The notes under the pieces: generated by a model | Database searches by the model: none | What the model was told of the DNA's origin: nothing | The model's input: the letters and a program-made list of their open reading frames with translations, nothing else | In this document: piece after piece, positions 38,617-48,119 of the stretch | Numbering within the stretch: the first letter of the stretch is position 1 | Layout of the letters: each line of letters begins with the position of its first letter | Source: Candidatus Babeliales bacterium | Lineage (GTDB): Bacteria; Babelota; Babeliae; Babelales; JANWKD01 | Assembly: GCA_963722075.1 (NCBI GenBank) | Contig: CAVRJM010000001.1 | Location: 256,001 to 320,000, forward strand | DNA length: 64,000 bases | Reading direction: 5' to 3' | Made by a program: the position numbers and the translations under genes

Positions 38617-39441
38617 TTATATACTTTGAGTCATAGTAATTGCTGGTAAAGCGGCGTCTATTACTTTATTAAAAAGTGCATTTTCAAATTTAATAGTATT
38701 TAAATAATGTACGCATTCAGTAAATTGACCTTCTTTTGCCTTTTCTATGCCAGAATTGAGTAATTGATCCCATTCGCTTTTTTTTAGGCATACGTTCGTA
38801 GTAAATATAATAATTATTGGATCAATGGTATGATCTTTTATGCAATCCTGCATTAATGTGTATAGAAGCATGATACTCTGATTATTAAAAAGAAATTCAT
38901 CTTGAGCTAAATAGCGAGCTATTTTTAAGCTTCTATTGCAAGCAGCTATATAAAATGCCATCGCTTTAAATTCATTAGAGGATAATGATTGAGAGAGATT
39001 AGTTGGCGGAAAATATTCTTTAGTAAAATTAAGGTTGCCGGAAATAATTGCAGTTTCAATTGAGTATTTACTGCCGTTTCGTATCACATGCTGCTTTCTT
39101 GCTTCTTGCAATGCGTGCTCGCGTTGCTCTTTTTTTTCTTCATTAGGTAATAATAATTTAAGACATTTTGGTGGGCCACCATGCTTAGTGACCCATTCCA
39201 ATACATTATTTTGAGTAGCTTTTAATTGTTTATTTTCAGCTTCTAAAGAATTGATACGATCCTTTAGTACTTTGATAACGCCTAATAAGTTATTAATGGC
39301 TGGCACAGCAGCAGTGGAGTCGTCTTTATTAATAAAGAACCAATCACGCTCACTATCTGATTCATCTTCATGTTCCATGCCTGCAGAATAAGACATATGA
39401 AATACAATAAAAAAAAGTACTATTTTTTTTACGCTATTCAT
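38617..39441 (-). CDS. Secreted protein with coiled coil and degenerate ankyrin-like repeats
   Basis: SAG|MEHE; LKDRINSLEAENKQLK; AIISGNL, AFYIAACNRSLKIARYL, AKEGQFTECVHYL. Confidence 0.6.
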   Translation of the reverse strand: MNSVKKIVLFFIVFHMSYSAGMEHEDESDSERDWFFINKDDSTAAVPAINNLLGVIKVLKDRINSLEAENKQLKATQNNVLEWVTKHGGPPKCLKLLLPNEEKKEQREHALQEARKQHVIRNGSKYSIETAIISGNLNFTKEYFPPTNLSQSLSSNEFKAMAFYIAACNRSLKIARYLAQDEFLFNNQSIMLLYTLMQDCIKDHTIDPIIIIFTTNVCLKKSEWDQLLNSGIEKAKEGQFTECVHYLNTIKFENALFNKVIDAALPAITMTQSI

Positions 39442-39518
39442 ATTACTACCTATTATTTTACCAACTTTTTTTATCGTACCATATTAAAATTAGTAATAAC
39501 AATAGGCAGAATTTTGGT

Positions 39519-40031
39519 CTATTTGGTATCGATTAATTCAACATCAAAAACAAGCGTTGAATTTGCTGGAATAAGATTTCCTCCCACCGCGCGATTGCCA
39601 TAAGCAAGGTCTGCAGGAATAATTAAAAGACGTTTCTCACCAACTTTCATATCCATTACACCTTCATCCCATCCTTTGATTACTTGCCCTACCCCGATAG
39701 TAAATTTGAATGGTTGATTGCGATCGCGGCTGCTATCAAACTTTTTATCTTTTATAGCATTGCCATTCGCATCAGCAAGCCAGCCGGTGTAATGTACCGT
39801 AACGGTGTTCCCTTTAACAGGTTTTTTTGCATTAGTATCGGTTGTTTCTTTTATTACTTCATATTGGAGGCCGCTTGGTAAAGTAATACGTTCTGATTGG
39901 TTCATTGATTTAGTTTCCTGTAATTCTGTTTTTGGTTCTGATGAGGTTTTTTCTTGAGGTTTTTGGTTAGTACATCCTGATTGTATTGGTAGTAATAGCG
40001 CAATGATTACATATGAAATAGTTTTGTTCAT
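39519..40031 (-). CDS. FKBP-type peptidyl-prolyl isomerase, lipoprotein
   Basis: Lipobox-like IQSGC; LPSGLQY, VTVHYTG, FDSS, GQVIKGWDEG, IPANSTLVFDVEL. Confidence 0.93.
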   Translation of the reverse strand: MNKTISYVIIALLLPIQSGCTNQKPQEKTSSEPKTELQETKSMNQSERITLPSGLQYEVIKETTDTNAKKPVKGNTVTVHYTGWLADANGNAIKDKKFDSSRDRNQPFKFTIGVGQVIKGWDEGVMDMKVGEKRLLIIPADLAYGNRAVGGNLIPANSTLVFDVELIDTK

Positions 40032-40112
40032 GATACTTCCTTTGGTAATGTTTTGATTTTCATATACAGAGTAATCAAAACTATAAAGAAATCTAGGCCC
40101 TCATTGCGGGAA

Positions 40113-41174
40113 TCAAATTCTATATAATAAGCGTTCTTGATTTTGCAATTCCTGTACCTTCAAATAAATTTCTTGCTGCTTTAATATATTTTGGCAATTC
40201 ATTGCATGCATTTGTTGTTCCTGTAATCGAGTAATTTCGCGTTGATTTTCCAATTGTTGTTCGAGCAATTTATCACGTTTTCGTTCAAGTAATTCATTAT
40301 GGTAACGAGGGTGATCAATAATTGTTGTATGAATAAATGATAAATCTTCTATCAACGCCGCTGCATTACTAGTAATAAGCGGGTATGTGTATTGAGATGT
40401 TTTTTTTAATAATTTTTGTAGTGAATTTATATGGGAACCAAGAGACTCAATATACGCTATGAACGTATAGGTATTTTTGGCATCACGCATAATAATTTGT
40501 ACGCATGCTTTAGTAAATTTTTTCTTTAGGGCCTTACCGGTGAAGATACTTTTGGAATGGTAGTTAGTGAAAACAAGAGCTAGTTCTTGTTGATATTTTT
40601 TTGAACAGTCTTGAACTTCTTGAGTAAGTAGAAAATATGTTTCATGTTTTGAGAGTGTTTTGTAAATTACCGTAAGTTCGTCGATGAGCAAATCTGCTTC
40701 TTTTTCTATCCCTTTTAATTTTTCAAGAAGGAACCGAGTATGATGATCATAGGTAAAATTAAGGATGCTTTCATATACATATTTTTTTTGTTTCATTAAA
40801 TCAATCAAATCATATTTTAAATCTAATAAAAAACTAGTAAAAGATTTATTATGATCTAAAGAAAGACTCCTTAAAAAATGTTCATAGCTTTGATGAATAA
40901 CTTTGTGATGCCAATGGATAATAAGGTTATTATAATGCTTATGAATGCGTCGATATGTTTGATGCGCTTCTTCATAAATTTGTTCATCTGATTTAGTAAA
41001 AAGCCATTGACCAAATTTATAGATGCCATATCCACATGAAGCTGCAATGGTGGTGAAAACACCTACTTTTGCAATTGTTTCAAGTGGTTTAGAACAATCT
41101 GACTTTGATTTAGGTTTAGTTGCATTAAAAGAGATACAAATAGTAGCTAATAATAATGATTTTCTTATCAACAT
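40113..41174 (-). CDS. Exported helical hypothetical protein (paralogue of 41195-42283)
   Basis: Signal plus second hydrophobic segment; CGY.IYK.G.W.F.K.DE..Y.EA shared with the neighbour. Confidence 0.7.
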   Translation of the reverse strand: MLIRKSLLLATICISFNATKPKSKSDCSKPLETIAKVGVFTTIAASCGYGIYKFGQWLFTKSDEQIYEEAHQTYRRIHKHYNNLIIHWHHKVIHQSYEHFLRSLSLDHNKSFTSFLLDLKYDLIDLMKQKKYVYESILNFTYDHHTRFLLEKLKGIEKEADLLIDELTVIYKTLSKHETYFLLTQEVQDCSKKYQQELALVFTNYHSKSIFTGKALKKKFTKACVQIIMRDAKNTYTFIAYIESLGSHINSLQKLLKKTSQYTYPLITSNAAALIEDLSFIHTTIIDHPRYHNELLERKRDKLLEQQLENQREITRLQEQQMHAMNCQNILKQQEIYLKVQELQNQERLLYRI

Positions 41175-41194
41175 ATGAGGTCCTTTCTGGGGGA

Positions 41195-42283
41195 TTAATA
41201 TTGATATTGATCCATTCTGCGTAACATTAATTCGTGATCTATTTCATTTTTGTTGGTTTCACGTGATGATATTTCTGACTTAATAGCGGGTTTATACGTG
41301 GTTGTCGAGTAACTTGTTATGGTTGTGGGTTGGCTTACGTATACATAATTATTGGTTTTCGAGGTTTTGTAATCATTATAGGAATACGTATTTGACGGTT
41401 TGGTATTGCTATGAGAGCAATAAGAATTATTTTTCTTTTCGTTTGTGTAGTTTTTATTCATTTTTACAATAGCGCGAATTTTTTTAAGATTTTTTATTAA
41501 ATCCGAAACTTTTTGTTCTAAAATGGGATAACCATAAAGGCCTTCCAGAGTTTTTTGTAAATTTTTTATATCTATTCCTAGATGACTTACAAAAATACCA
41601 AAAGGGCGACGATACGAATTTCCATCTTGTATTAAAGGGGTAAACAGTTTATTTAATTTTTTTGTTCTTGCGGAGGAGTCATCTAAATAACAATTTTGAT
41701 AAATATGAATGAATTTTTCGTATTCTTTTAAAGACTTTTTATATAATTGTTTCGCAATAAAATAGGCTTTATTATCTGAAAGCATTTTATAAATAGGATT
41801 AAGCGACTTGATTAAACAGTCGATACGTTTTTGTAACTTGTTCATGGAATTTAAAAGAGGAGTAGTGGCTCTCCATTTTCGACATTCTAATTGATTATTA
41901 TAGTCTTTTAATGTCTCAATTGATGACTGCATCTGATACAAATAACACTCAAATGATAGTTTTTTATCGATGGGAAGTCGTGTTAATAAATGTTCGATGG
42001 TTGGGCAATATATTTCCTGACAATAGGTGGTTATTAATTGGCGATACTTATGTTCTGTTTTACCGTAATAATCACATGCTTCATCATAGAGCTCTTCATC
42101 TGTTTTACTAAAAATCCATTCTCCTACTTTATAAATGCTATATCCGCATGTTGTTACAATAGCGCCAAAGACGGCGGCATGTGCTAAATCAGTTGTGGTG
42201 GATGTATCATACGATTTACATGAGTGTGTTGTGTTGAGACCAAAAAAAATGATAAAAGATAAAAGAAAAGTATTGAGTTTCAT
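41195..42283 (-). CDS. Exported helical hypothetical protein (paralogue of 40113-41174)
   Basis: AAGGAG RBS; same motifs as the neighbour; Ser/Thr/Tyr-rich tail. Confidence 0.7.
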   Translation of the reverse strand: MKLNTFLLSFIIFFGLNTTHSCKSYDTSTTTDLAHAAVFGAIVTTCGYSIYKVGEWIFSKTDEELYDEACDYYGKTEHKYRQLITTYCQEIYCPTIEHLLTRLPIDKKLSFECYLYQMQSSIETLKDYNNQLECRKWRATTPLLNSMNKLQKRIDCLIKSLNPIYKMLSDNKAYFIAKQLYKKSLKEYEKFIHIYQNCYLDDSSARTKKLNKLFTPLIQDGNSYRRPFGIFVSHLGIDIKNLQKTLEGLYGYPILEQKVSDLIKNLKKIRAIVKMNKNYTNEKKNNSYCSHSNTKPSNTYSYNDYKTSKTNNYVYVSQPTTITSYSTTTYKPAIKSEISSRETNKNEIDHELMLRRMDQYQY

Positions 42284-42448
42284 GAAACTCCTTCGTGGGT
42301 TAAAATTTCAAATTGAATTTTAATACAATTTTATATAAGTGTAAGTTAATATTAATTTTATAAGAAAATTGGAAAAAAACAAATTTGGCTCATATACTGT
42401 GAGCGATATAATTTTTATAATTAAAAAAACAGTGTAAAGGAACGATGT

Positions 42449-42787
42449 ATGAAAAAATTAATAGTAACAATTGTTCTTATGCCGGCATTATTGAGTGCGA
42501 TGCAAAAACTGCAAACGCCGCCTGCGAGCCCTAAAAAGAATGTACCTTTAGTAACGATTGGCGAATATCATAATCTTGTTCGAGCTTTTAAAAATGCGCA
42601 GACAATAGATGATATTAATGATGGGATCAATAGACTGAATGCATTAAAAATGGACGCTACAAATCAGGGACGGCAAAAGATCGCATATGATTGTGGAAGA
42701 ATGATTGGAAGATTGCAAAGTAGATCAAACAATGATTTGTTTGTTGATCAATTAAAAATGATATCTCTTCAGGAAAAGAAAAAATAG
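42449..42787 (+). CDS. Small secreted hypothetical protein
   Basis: AAGGA RBS; LSA|MQKL. Confidence 0.7.
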   Translation: MKKLIVTIVLMPALLSAMQKLQTPPASPKKNVPLVTIGEYHNLVRAFKNAQTIDDINDGINRLNALKMDATNQGRQKIAYDCGRMIGRLQSRSNNDLFVDQLKMISLQEKKK

Positions 42788-42808
42788 AAGTAATCATAGA
42801 AAAGAATT

Positions 42809-42837
42809 AAAAAAGCCAGAATTATTCTGGCTTTTTT
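42809..42837. terminator. Bidirectional intrinsic terminator
   Basis: AAAAAAGCCAGAAT-t-ATTCTGGCTTTTTT between convergent genes. Confidence 0.8.
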
Positions 42838-42838
42838 A

Positions 42839-43969
42839 TTACCCTAAAAATTTCTTAAAAAATCCCGCGATCGATCCATTGGTGGAATCACTAATTTGAG
42901 TGCCAATAAGTTCAGAATATTTCTTTAATGTATCTTTGGATTCAGCAGAAAGAGATGTTGGTATATGGCAAAGAATAGTGATAATTAAATCGCCTTTACC
43001 CTTGCTTCTAAGGCGAGCAAATCCTTTACCAGATATAGTAATTTTATGATTTACTGGCGTCCCCTTAGGAATCTTAATGGTTTCTTTGGTGCCATCGATG
43101 CTTTCAATTTCAACTTGGGAACCAAAAACTAACTCAGGATAGGTTACCATCACATTGCATTCTAAATTATCATTAAAGCGTTTAAATTTTTTATCTTCCT
43201 GTACATTGATCCGTACAAATAAGTCACCCGCCGGACCGCCAAATATCCCTGCGTCCCCTTTACCTGCCACACGCAAATCCGCTCCATCAAAAATACCGGC
43301 AGGAATGGTAACCTCAAAAGTATCTAGTTTTTGAATACGCGTTTGGCCCTTGCAATTTGTGCAGGGAGTAGGAATAGTAAATCCTTGGCCGCCACAGGTT
43401 GGACATGTTTGGCTAAAGCTAAAAAAGCCTTGGCGATAAAATTGTTGTCCAGTTCCTTGGCACGTGGTACAGGTTTCTACTGAAGTGCCTGGTTTTGCGC
43501 CTTTACCTGAGCAGACGTCACATACCACAAATCGATAATAACTAACTTCTTTTTTAGTTCCAATAAACGATTCTTTAAAACTGATAGTAATCTCTTTGTG
43601 AAGATCATGCCCGCGACGAGGCGTTGGGCCTGCCTTTTTACTACTTTTTTTTCTGCCGGCGCCGCCCCCAAATAAGGTTTCGAAGATATCGCCAAAATTC
43701 TCAAAGATATCCTCCATATTCATATCTTGGCCAAAGCCGCCCGTGCCGCCCATATCTGCAGTGCCGTATTGATCATACCGTTTACGCTTTTCGGGATCAG
43801 ATAACACGCTGTATGCTTCAGCAGCAGCCTTAAATTTTTCTTCAGCTTCTTTATTATCAGGATTTCTATCTGGATGGTATTTAAGCGCTAATTTTCGATA
43901 AGCGCTTTTTATTTCTTCAGGCGTTGCGCTTTTGGAAACGCCTAGTATTTCATAATAGTCTTGTTTCAT
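42839..43969 (-). CDS. dnaJ: Molecular chaperone DnaJ
   Basis: [17 protein letters not shown] region, four CxxCxGxG repeats, C-terminal domain. Confidence 0.98.
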   Translation of the reverse strand: MKQDYYEILGVSKSATPEEIKSAYRKLALKYHPDRNPDNKEAEEKFKAAAEAYSVLSDPEKRKRYDQYGTADMGGTGGFGQDMNMEDIFENFGDIFETLFGGGAGRKKSSKKAGPTPRRGHDLHKEITISFKESFIGTKKEVSYYRFVVCDVCSGKGAKPGTSVETCTTCQGTGQQFYRQGFFSFSQTCPTCGGQGFTIPTPCTNCKGQTRIQKLDTFEVTIPAGIFDGADLRVAGKGDAGIFGGPAGDLFVRINVQEDKKFKRFNDNLECNVMVTYPELVFGSQVEIESIDGTKETIKIPKGTPVNHKITISGKGFARLRSKGKGDLIITILCHIPTSLSAESKDTLKKYSELIGTQISDSTNGSIAGFFKKFLG

Positions 43970-44017
43970 AGTGAGTACAATATTTAATATATTTAAAGGT
44001 GAATTCTATCTAAGATT

Positions 44018-44110
44018 TGTCATTCTGAGGCCTTTAGGCCGTAGGAATCCAGTTATAAAATAAGGCTTTTATTTATTCACTGGATCCTTACGCTGACGCT
44101 CAGGATGACA
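44018..44110. repeat. Family A REP-like inverted pair
   Basis: TGTCATTCTGAGG..GTAGGAATCCAG-AT spacer-CTGGATCC..CTCAGGATGACA. Confidence 0.8.
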
Positions 44111-44196
44111 TTTTGAATAAATGAAAAAGAGTCAAAGGGAATCGGATTCCTATTATTAATTCTAGCAAGAAATACCAAATATGACAAACTGACCAA

Positions 44197-45849
44197 TTAC
44201 ATTTTTTCTGGTTTACTAAGGCCCAGTAAATCAAGGCATAAGCCAAAAGAGTTTTTGAGCAATAATGTATAGGCAAGCCGAGCACGGCTTAATGTTGGCG
44301 CTTCAAGGTTAATAATACGGTTTTTATTATAATAGCGATGAAATGCATGCGCCAAATCCATAACATAATAAGCGAGTAAATGAGTTTGATAGTTATTGCT
44401 GATCGAAATGAGTAATTCTTTAAGCTCGATAATTTTTTTAATTAAGGTAATTTCATCAGTATCAATTAGCGTTAAATCTTCTGCGGTAATGGTGTGTAGT
44501 TCAGGATTAAGGCTTGCTTTTTGTAAAATACTATTAATGCGAACATAGGCATATTGGATATAATAAACGGGATTTTCTTCTGTTTTCTTGAGCGCAAGCT
44601 CAATATCAAAATCTAAATGGGCATCCGCTTTGCGATGCAAATAAAAGAATCGTGCGACATCTTTTCCTACTGTTTCAATAACTTCTGCTAAATCTACTAT
44701 AGTGCCAGCACGTTTGGACATTCGTAATTGTTGGCCACCTTCTTTAATTGAAACCAGTTGATATAAAATAATTGCTAAATTATCGCCTGAATGCCCTAAA
44801 GCATTCATGATTGCTTGCATGCGGTTGCCGTAGCTATGGTGATCCTGCCCGAGTACCATGATAATTTTAGTAAACCCGCGCTGTAATTTATTTTGTAGAT
44901 ATGCAATATCAGCAGCAATATAGGTATATTGGCCATTAGCGCGCTGTAAGACGCGATCTTTATCATCGCCAAACTGCGTGGAAGTAAACCAGATTGCATT
45001 TTCTTGTTTATAGGTGAACTGTTTTTTTTCAAGCGTTTGAACCGCTTGTTCTACCAATTTATCGTCATGCAATGTTTTTTCTGAGAACCATACATCAAAA
45101 TTAATACCGTAATTGGATAATGTTTGTTTTATAGCAGTTAATAAGCGGTTTTGAGCGAATTGCGCAAAAATGATATCCGGTTGCGTAAGACTGTTGGGTC
45201 CAAATTCTTTTATAAAATCGTGCGCGAGCCCTTTTAAATAATCGCCATGATACGCATCTTCGGGTAATTCTATTACATGGCCCAATGCTTGCTGAACGCG
45301 AATTTTTAGTGAAAGACCTAATTTTTCTATTTGAGACCCGGCATCATTAATATAAAATTCTTTTACCGCATTATGCCCCAAGAAGGTTACAACATTGCCT
45401 AATACATCGCCTATTATGCCGCCACGTCCGTGCCCCAAATGCAAGGGTCCGGTGGGATTAGCGCTGACAAATTCTATGGAAATATGTTCTTTTTTATCCT
45501 GATTATCCAATTTAAAATAATTGGTTTTCTTTTCAAAGAGTTCTTGTGCAGTGGTGGTAAAAAATGATGGAAATAAAAACAGATTTAAAAATCCTGGCCC
45601 AGCGCGTTCTATGCGCTCTACTGCAGGGCTATTAAACTGTCCAATAATTTGTTGAGCAATGGCTACGGGATTGCTTTTAGCTGCTTTTGCTATTACTAAA
45701 GCCGCATTAGAACTTATATCACCAAAGGCCTGCTTTTCCGGGTCACTATTGAGGGTAAAGGTTATGGTATTTAACTGCGGGGCAGTAAGGTTAAATGTGG
45801 TACTTAAAAAATGGTAGAAGGAGTTTTTTAATTGTTCAAAGGTATTCAT
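44197..45849 (-). CDS. argS: Arginine--tRNA ligase
   Basis: EFVSANPTGPLHLGHGRG, FGDDKDRV, MSKRAG, NPVYYIQYA. Confidence 0.97.
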   Translation of the reverse strand: MNTFEQLKNSFYHFLSTTFNLTAPQLNTITFTLNSDPEKQAFGDISSNAALVIAKAAKSNPVAIAQQIIGQFNSPAVERIERAGPGFLNLFLFPSFFTTTAQELFEKKTNYFKLDNQDKKEHISIEFVSANPTGPLHLGHGRGGIIGDVLGNVVTFLGHNAVKEFYINDAGSQIEKLGLSLKIRVQQALGHVIELPEDAYHGDYLKGLAHDFIKEFGPNSLTQPDIIFAQFAQNRLLTAIKQTLSNYGINFDVWFSEKTLHDDKLVEQAVQTLEKKQFTYKQENAIWFTSTQFGDDKDRVLQRANGQYTYIAADIAYLQNKLQRGFTKIIMVLGQDHHSYGNRMQAIMNALGHSGDNLAIILYQLVSIKEGGQQLRMSKRAGTIVDLAEVIETVGKDVARFFYLHRKADAHLDFDIELALKKTEENPVYYIQYAYVRINSILQKASLNPELHTITAEDLTLIDTDEITLIKKIIELKELLISISNNYQTHLLAYYVMDLAHAFHRYYNKNRIINLEAPTLSRARLAYTLLLKNSFGLCLDLLGLSKPEKM

Positions 45850-45930
45850 ATTTTTATTACTTTATGAAATTTTACATTTTTCTCAGACATAAACGATAAT
45901 CTTGAGAAGATGTACTATTCTGAAAAAATA

Positions 45931-46014
45931 TGTCATCCCGAGCTTGCGTGGGGATCCAGGCTAATATTAAATCATTATTTAATCTGGATTGCTTCGGCAG
46001 GCTCGCAACGACGG
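45931..46014. repeat. Family A REP-like inverted pair
   Basis: TGTCATCCCGAGCTTGCGTGGGGATCCAG-AT spacer-CTGGATTGCTTCGGCAGGCTCGCAACGAC. Confidence 0.8.
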
Positions 46015-46135
46015 CTATCTAAATTCTATATTTTATAAGCTAAAGTTTAGCATATCATATTCAGCGAAATTTAATAAAATTTATATTTTAATGATATCGG
46101 ATTATACATGGTTCAATATTTATTTATTATTACTA

Positions 46136-46960
46136 TTACATAATACCAAGCAAGTGTAAATCCGCTATGGTTTGTGGTACTGATTTAAATTGAATACCAA
46201 TAAGTCCTTTTTTTGCGGCATTAATAATATTTTTGTATTTATCATCAATAAAAACTAAATGGTTTGCATGGTATCCTTTTTTATTAAGATCTTCTTTAAA
46301 TCGTTTGAAATATTTTTTCTTTGGCTTTTTTATCAGTGATTGGGGGGGAACTGCCGTTTCATCAACCCCATAATCGCTGGTGTACACAAAAATATATGTT
46401 GAAAAATCAGGTATTATATGCTGTTTTACAAACCGGTTAAAAGAAACACTGGATTGATTAGTAGCTATGGCGATCGAATACCCTTGTTGGTGTAATTTTT
46501 TTAATAAAGCAATGGTATCTTGTTTTGGTGTGGCATCATAGATCATTACTTTTAGCTGCTCAGCAATGCTCACCCCTGACTTTGTTTGTTGTTGTAAATC
46601 AGGATAATGATTCACTAACCAATCAATAAAGCGCTCACCATTGTATATTTTGAGTTGTTTTTTTAAAAGTGAACGGTCATAAAGCACGCGGGCTGCAATT
46701 TTGAAGAGTGCTAATTTATGAGTTGCATCACAAAATATTGATAATAAATGGTTGCTCATTTTGTATATGCTATTTAAATGAGTTAATGATGCAATAGGGC
46801 GGTCAAGTAAAACGCCGTCAACATCAAAAACAATAATGGTGTTGTGTGGATTAAATGAATGGTTGCTATCTATTTTTTTATCGGTAGGCCACTGTATGGC
46901 AGCTTGCAGTGCATACATAATTATAAAGCAAAAATAGAATATAAAATATTGTTGTCTCAT
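46136..46960 (-). CDS. Secreted HAD-superfamily hydrolase
   Basis: Signal peptide; FDVDGVL motif I, ATN, KKP, FIDD..N. Confidence 0.85.
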   Translation of the reverse strand: MRQQYFIFYFCFIIMYALQAAIQWPTDKKIDSNHSFNPHNTIIVFDVDGVLLDRPIASLTHLNSIYKMSNHLLSIFCDATHKLALFKIAARVLYDRSLLKKQLKIYNGERFIDWLVNHYPDLQQQTKSGVSIAEQLKVMIYDATPKQDTIALLKKLHQQGYSIAIATNQSSVSFNRFVKQHIIPDFSTYIFVYTSDYGVDETAVPPQSLIKKPKKKYFKRFKEDLNKKGYHANHLVFIDDKYKNIINAAKKGLIGIQFKSVPQTIADLHLLGIM

Positions 46961-46969
46961 ATATTCCTT

Positions 46970-47950
46970 TTAAAATGATAATCGTAATTGCCCTGGTGGC
47001 TGAGATCGATAATAGTTGCCTACGTGTTTTATACCAAATTCTGCCGTAAAAATATCTTTTTTAAAATGTGCAGGTAATGGCGGGTATGGGCTTGCTGCTC
47101 GAATTCCTTGTATGATTGCTTCATCAATCTGATTATTGCCACAGCTTTGTATGATTGAAGCTTGTTGTACAACGCCATCTTTATTAATGGTTACAGAAAC
47201 CCCGGTAATAACCAGCGGCGGCACTTGTGAGTTCATTAAGGTTTGATTACGTCGCCATTCATTTTGCATATACCAAATAATTTTATGCATATAGCTTAAA
47301 TAGCGCATCTCTTCAAAATCTGGACGAATATTTTCATTGCCTTTGCGCTCCATGAGATCATTGCCCCCCTCATTAAGCGAATTTAAAAATCCGCGGGCTA
47401 AATCATTAAACTGTAGCTCTTTTTGTATTGGCCCTTTTGTTTTTTTAGGAGAATCGCTTTGTTGGGTTGGCGGTTGTTCTTGTTTTGCTTGTTTAGAGAA
47501 TGAAGCTTCTACTTGTTTGATGGTAATAGGGTCTGTTATTGGTTTTTGAATGGATTGTTCAGCTTGTACGCTGGTATTCATAATCGGTGTTTCTTGTGGG
47601 GGTGGAGCTTGTTGCATTGGTTCTTCTGATGGTGCATCTTGCGGATCTGGTGGAATGGCTGCTTCAAAATAATCTTCTTCTTTAAAATCCTCTGGGATGC
47701 CCAATTGAGAAGCTCCCGGCTTTAAGGCGGCAACTTCGTGGGGATCAGGTGGCGGCGGGGGAGGGGGTTTTGGCATTTCTTCAAAAACCACGGGGGCACT
47801 GGCCGAATCAGTGAGAGTATGCCAAGGGCGATAATCAGTAGTGATTAAAAAAAGGATAACCAGGAAAAGCAGATTAACGCATAGAGCTATAAGTAAAAAT
47901 AGCCATAAATAGCGGTTTTTTTGGTCAATTTCTGACTTATAACTGCTCAT
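46970..47950 (-). CDS. TonB/TolA-family energy transducer
   Basis: N-terminal TM, Pro-rich linker, C-terminal INKDG.V...I.QSCG...D.A...IR.ASPYPPLP. Confidence 0.8.
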   Translation of the reverse strand: MSSYKSEIDQKNRYLWLFLLIALCVNLLFLVILFLITTDYRPWHTLTDSASAPVVFEEMPKPPPPPPPDPHEVAALKPGASQLGIPEDFKEEDYFEAAIPPDPQDAPSEEPMQQAPPPQETPIMNTSVQAEQSIQKPITDPITIKQVEASFSKQAKQEQPPTQQSDSPKKTKGPIQKELQFNDLARGFLNSLNEGGNDLMERKGNENIRPDFEEMRYLSYMHKIIWYMQNEWRRNQTLMNSQVPPLVITGVSVTINKDGVVQQASIIQSCGNNQIDEAIIQGIRAASPYPPLPAHFKKDIFTAEFGIKHVGNYYRSQPPGQLRLSF

Positions 47951-48046
47951 ATATAATCCTTCTTTTTAACGCTCTTTATAGGATACCTAATAATATAAAT
48001 AAGAGTAAATAAGCTGAAATAATCTCTTTTGAACCTGTAGATTTAA

Positions 48047-48074
48047 TTGACAAATACGAAATTTTATTTATACT
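48047..48074 (+). promoter_or_regulatory. Sigma70-type promoter for the J-domain array
   Basis: TTGACA-16 bp-TATACT. Confidence 0.6.
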
Positions 48075-48119
48075 AATAAGTAACTATAAATGATCTCAGA
48101 TATTTTAGGGAATAATTAT

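Noticed and set aside
43970..44196. CIRCE/HrcA operator upstream of dnaJ or grpE
   Set aside because: No TTAGCACTC-N9-GAGTGCTAA found; the inverted repeat here is a family A element.
31107..48074. Recurrent 16-bp spacers in TTGACA promoters (31134 minus, 33364, 48047) as a lineage-specific sigma preference
   Set aside because: Too few sites, a 17-bp example exists (8416-8444), and the AT-rich background makes -10 placement ambiguous.
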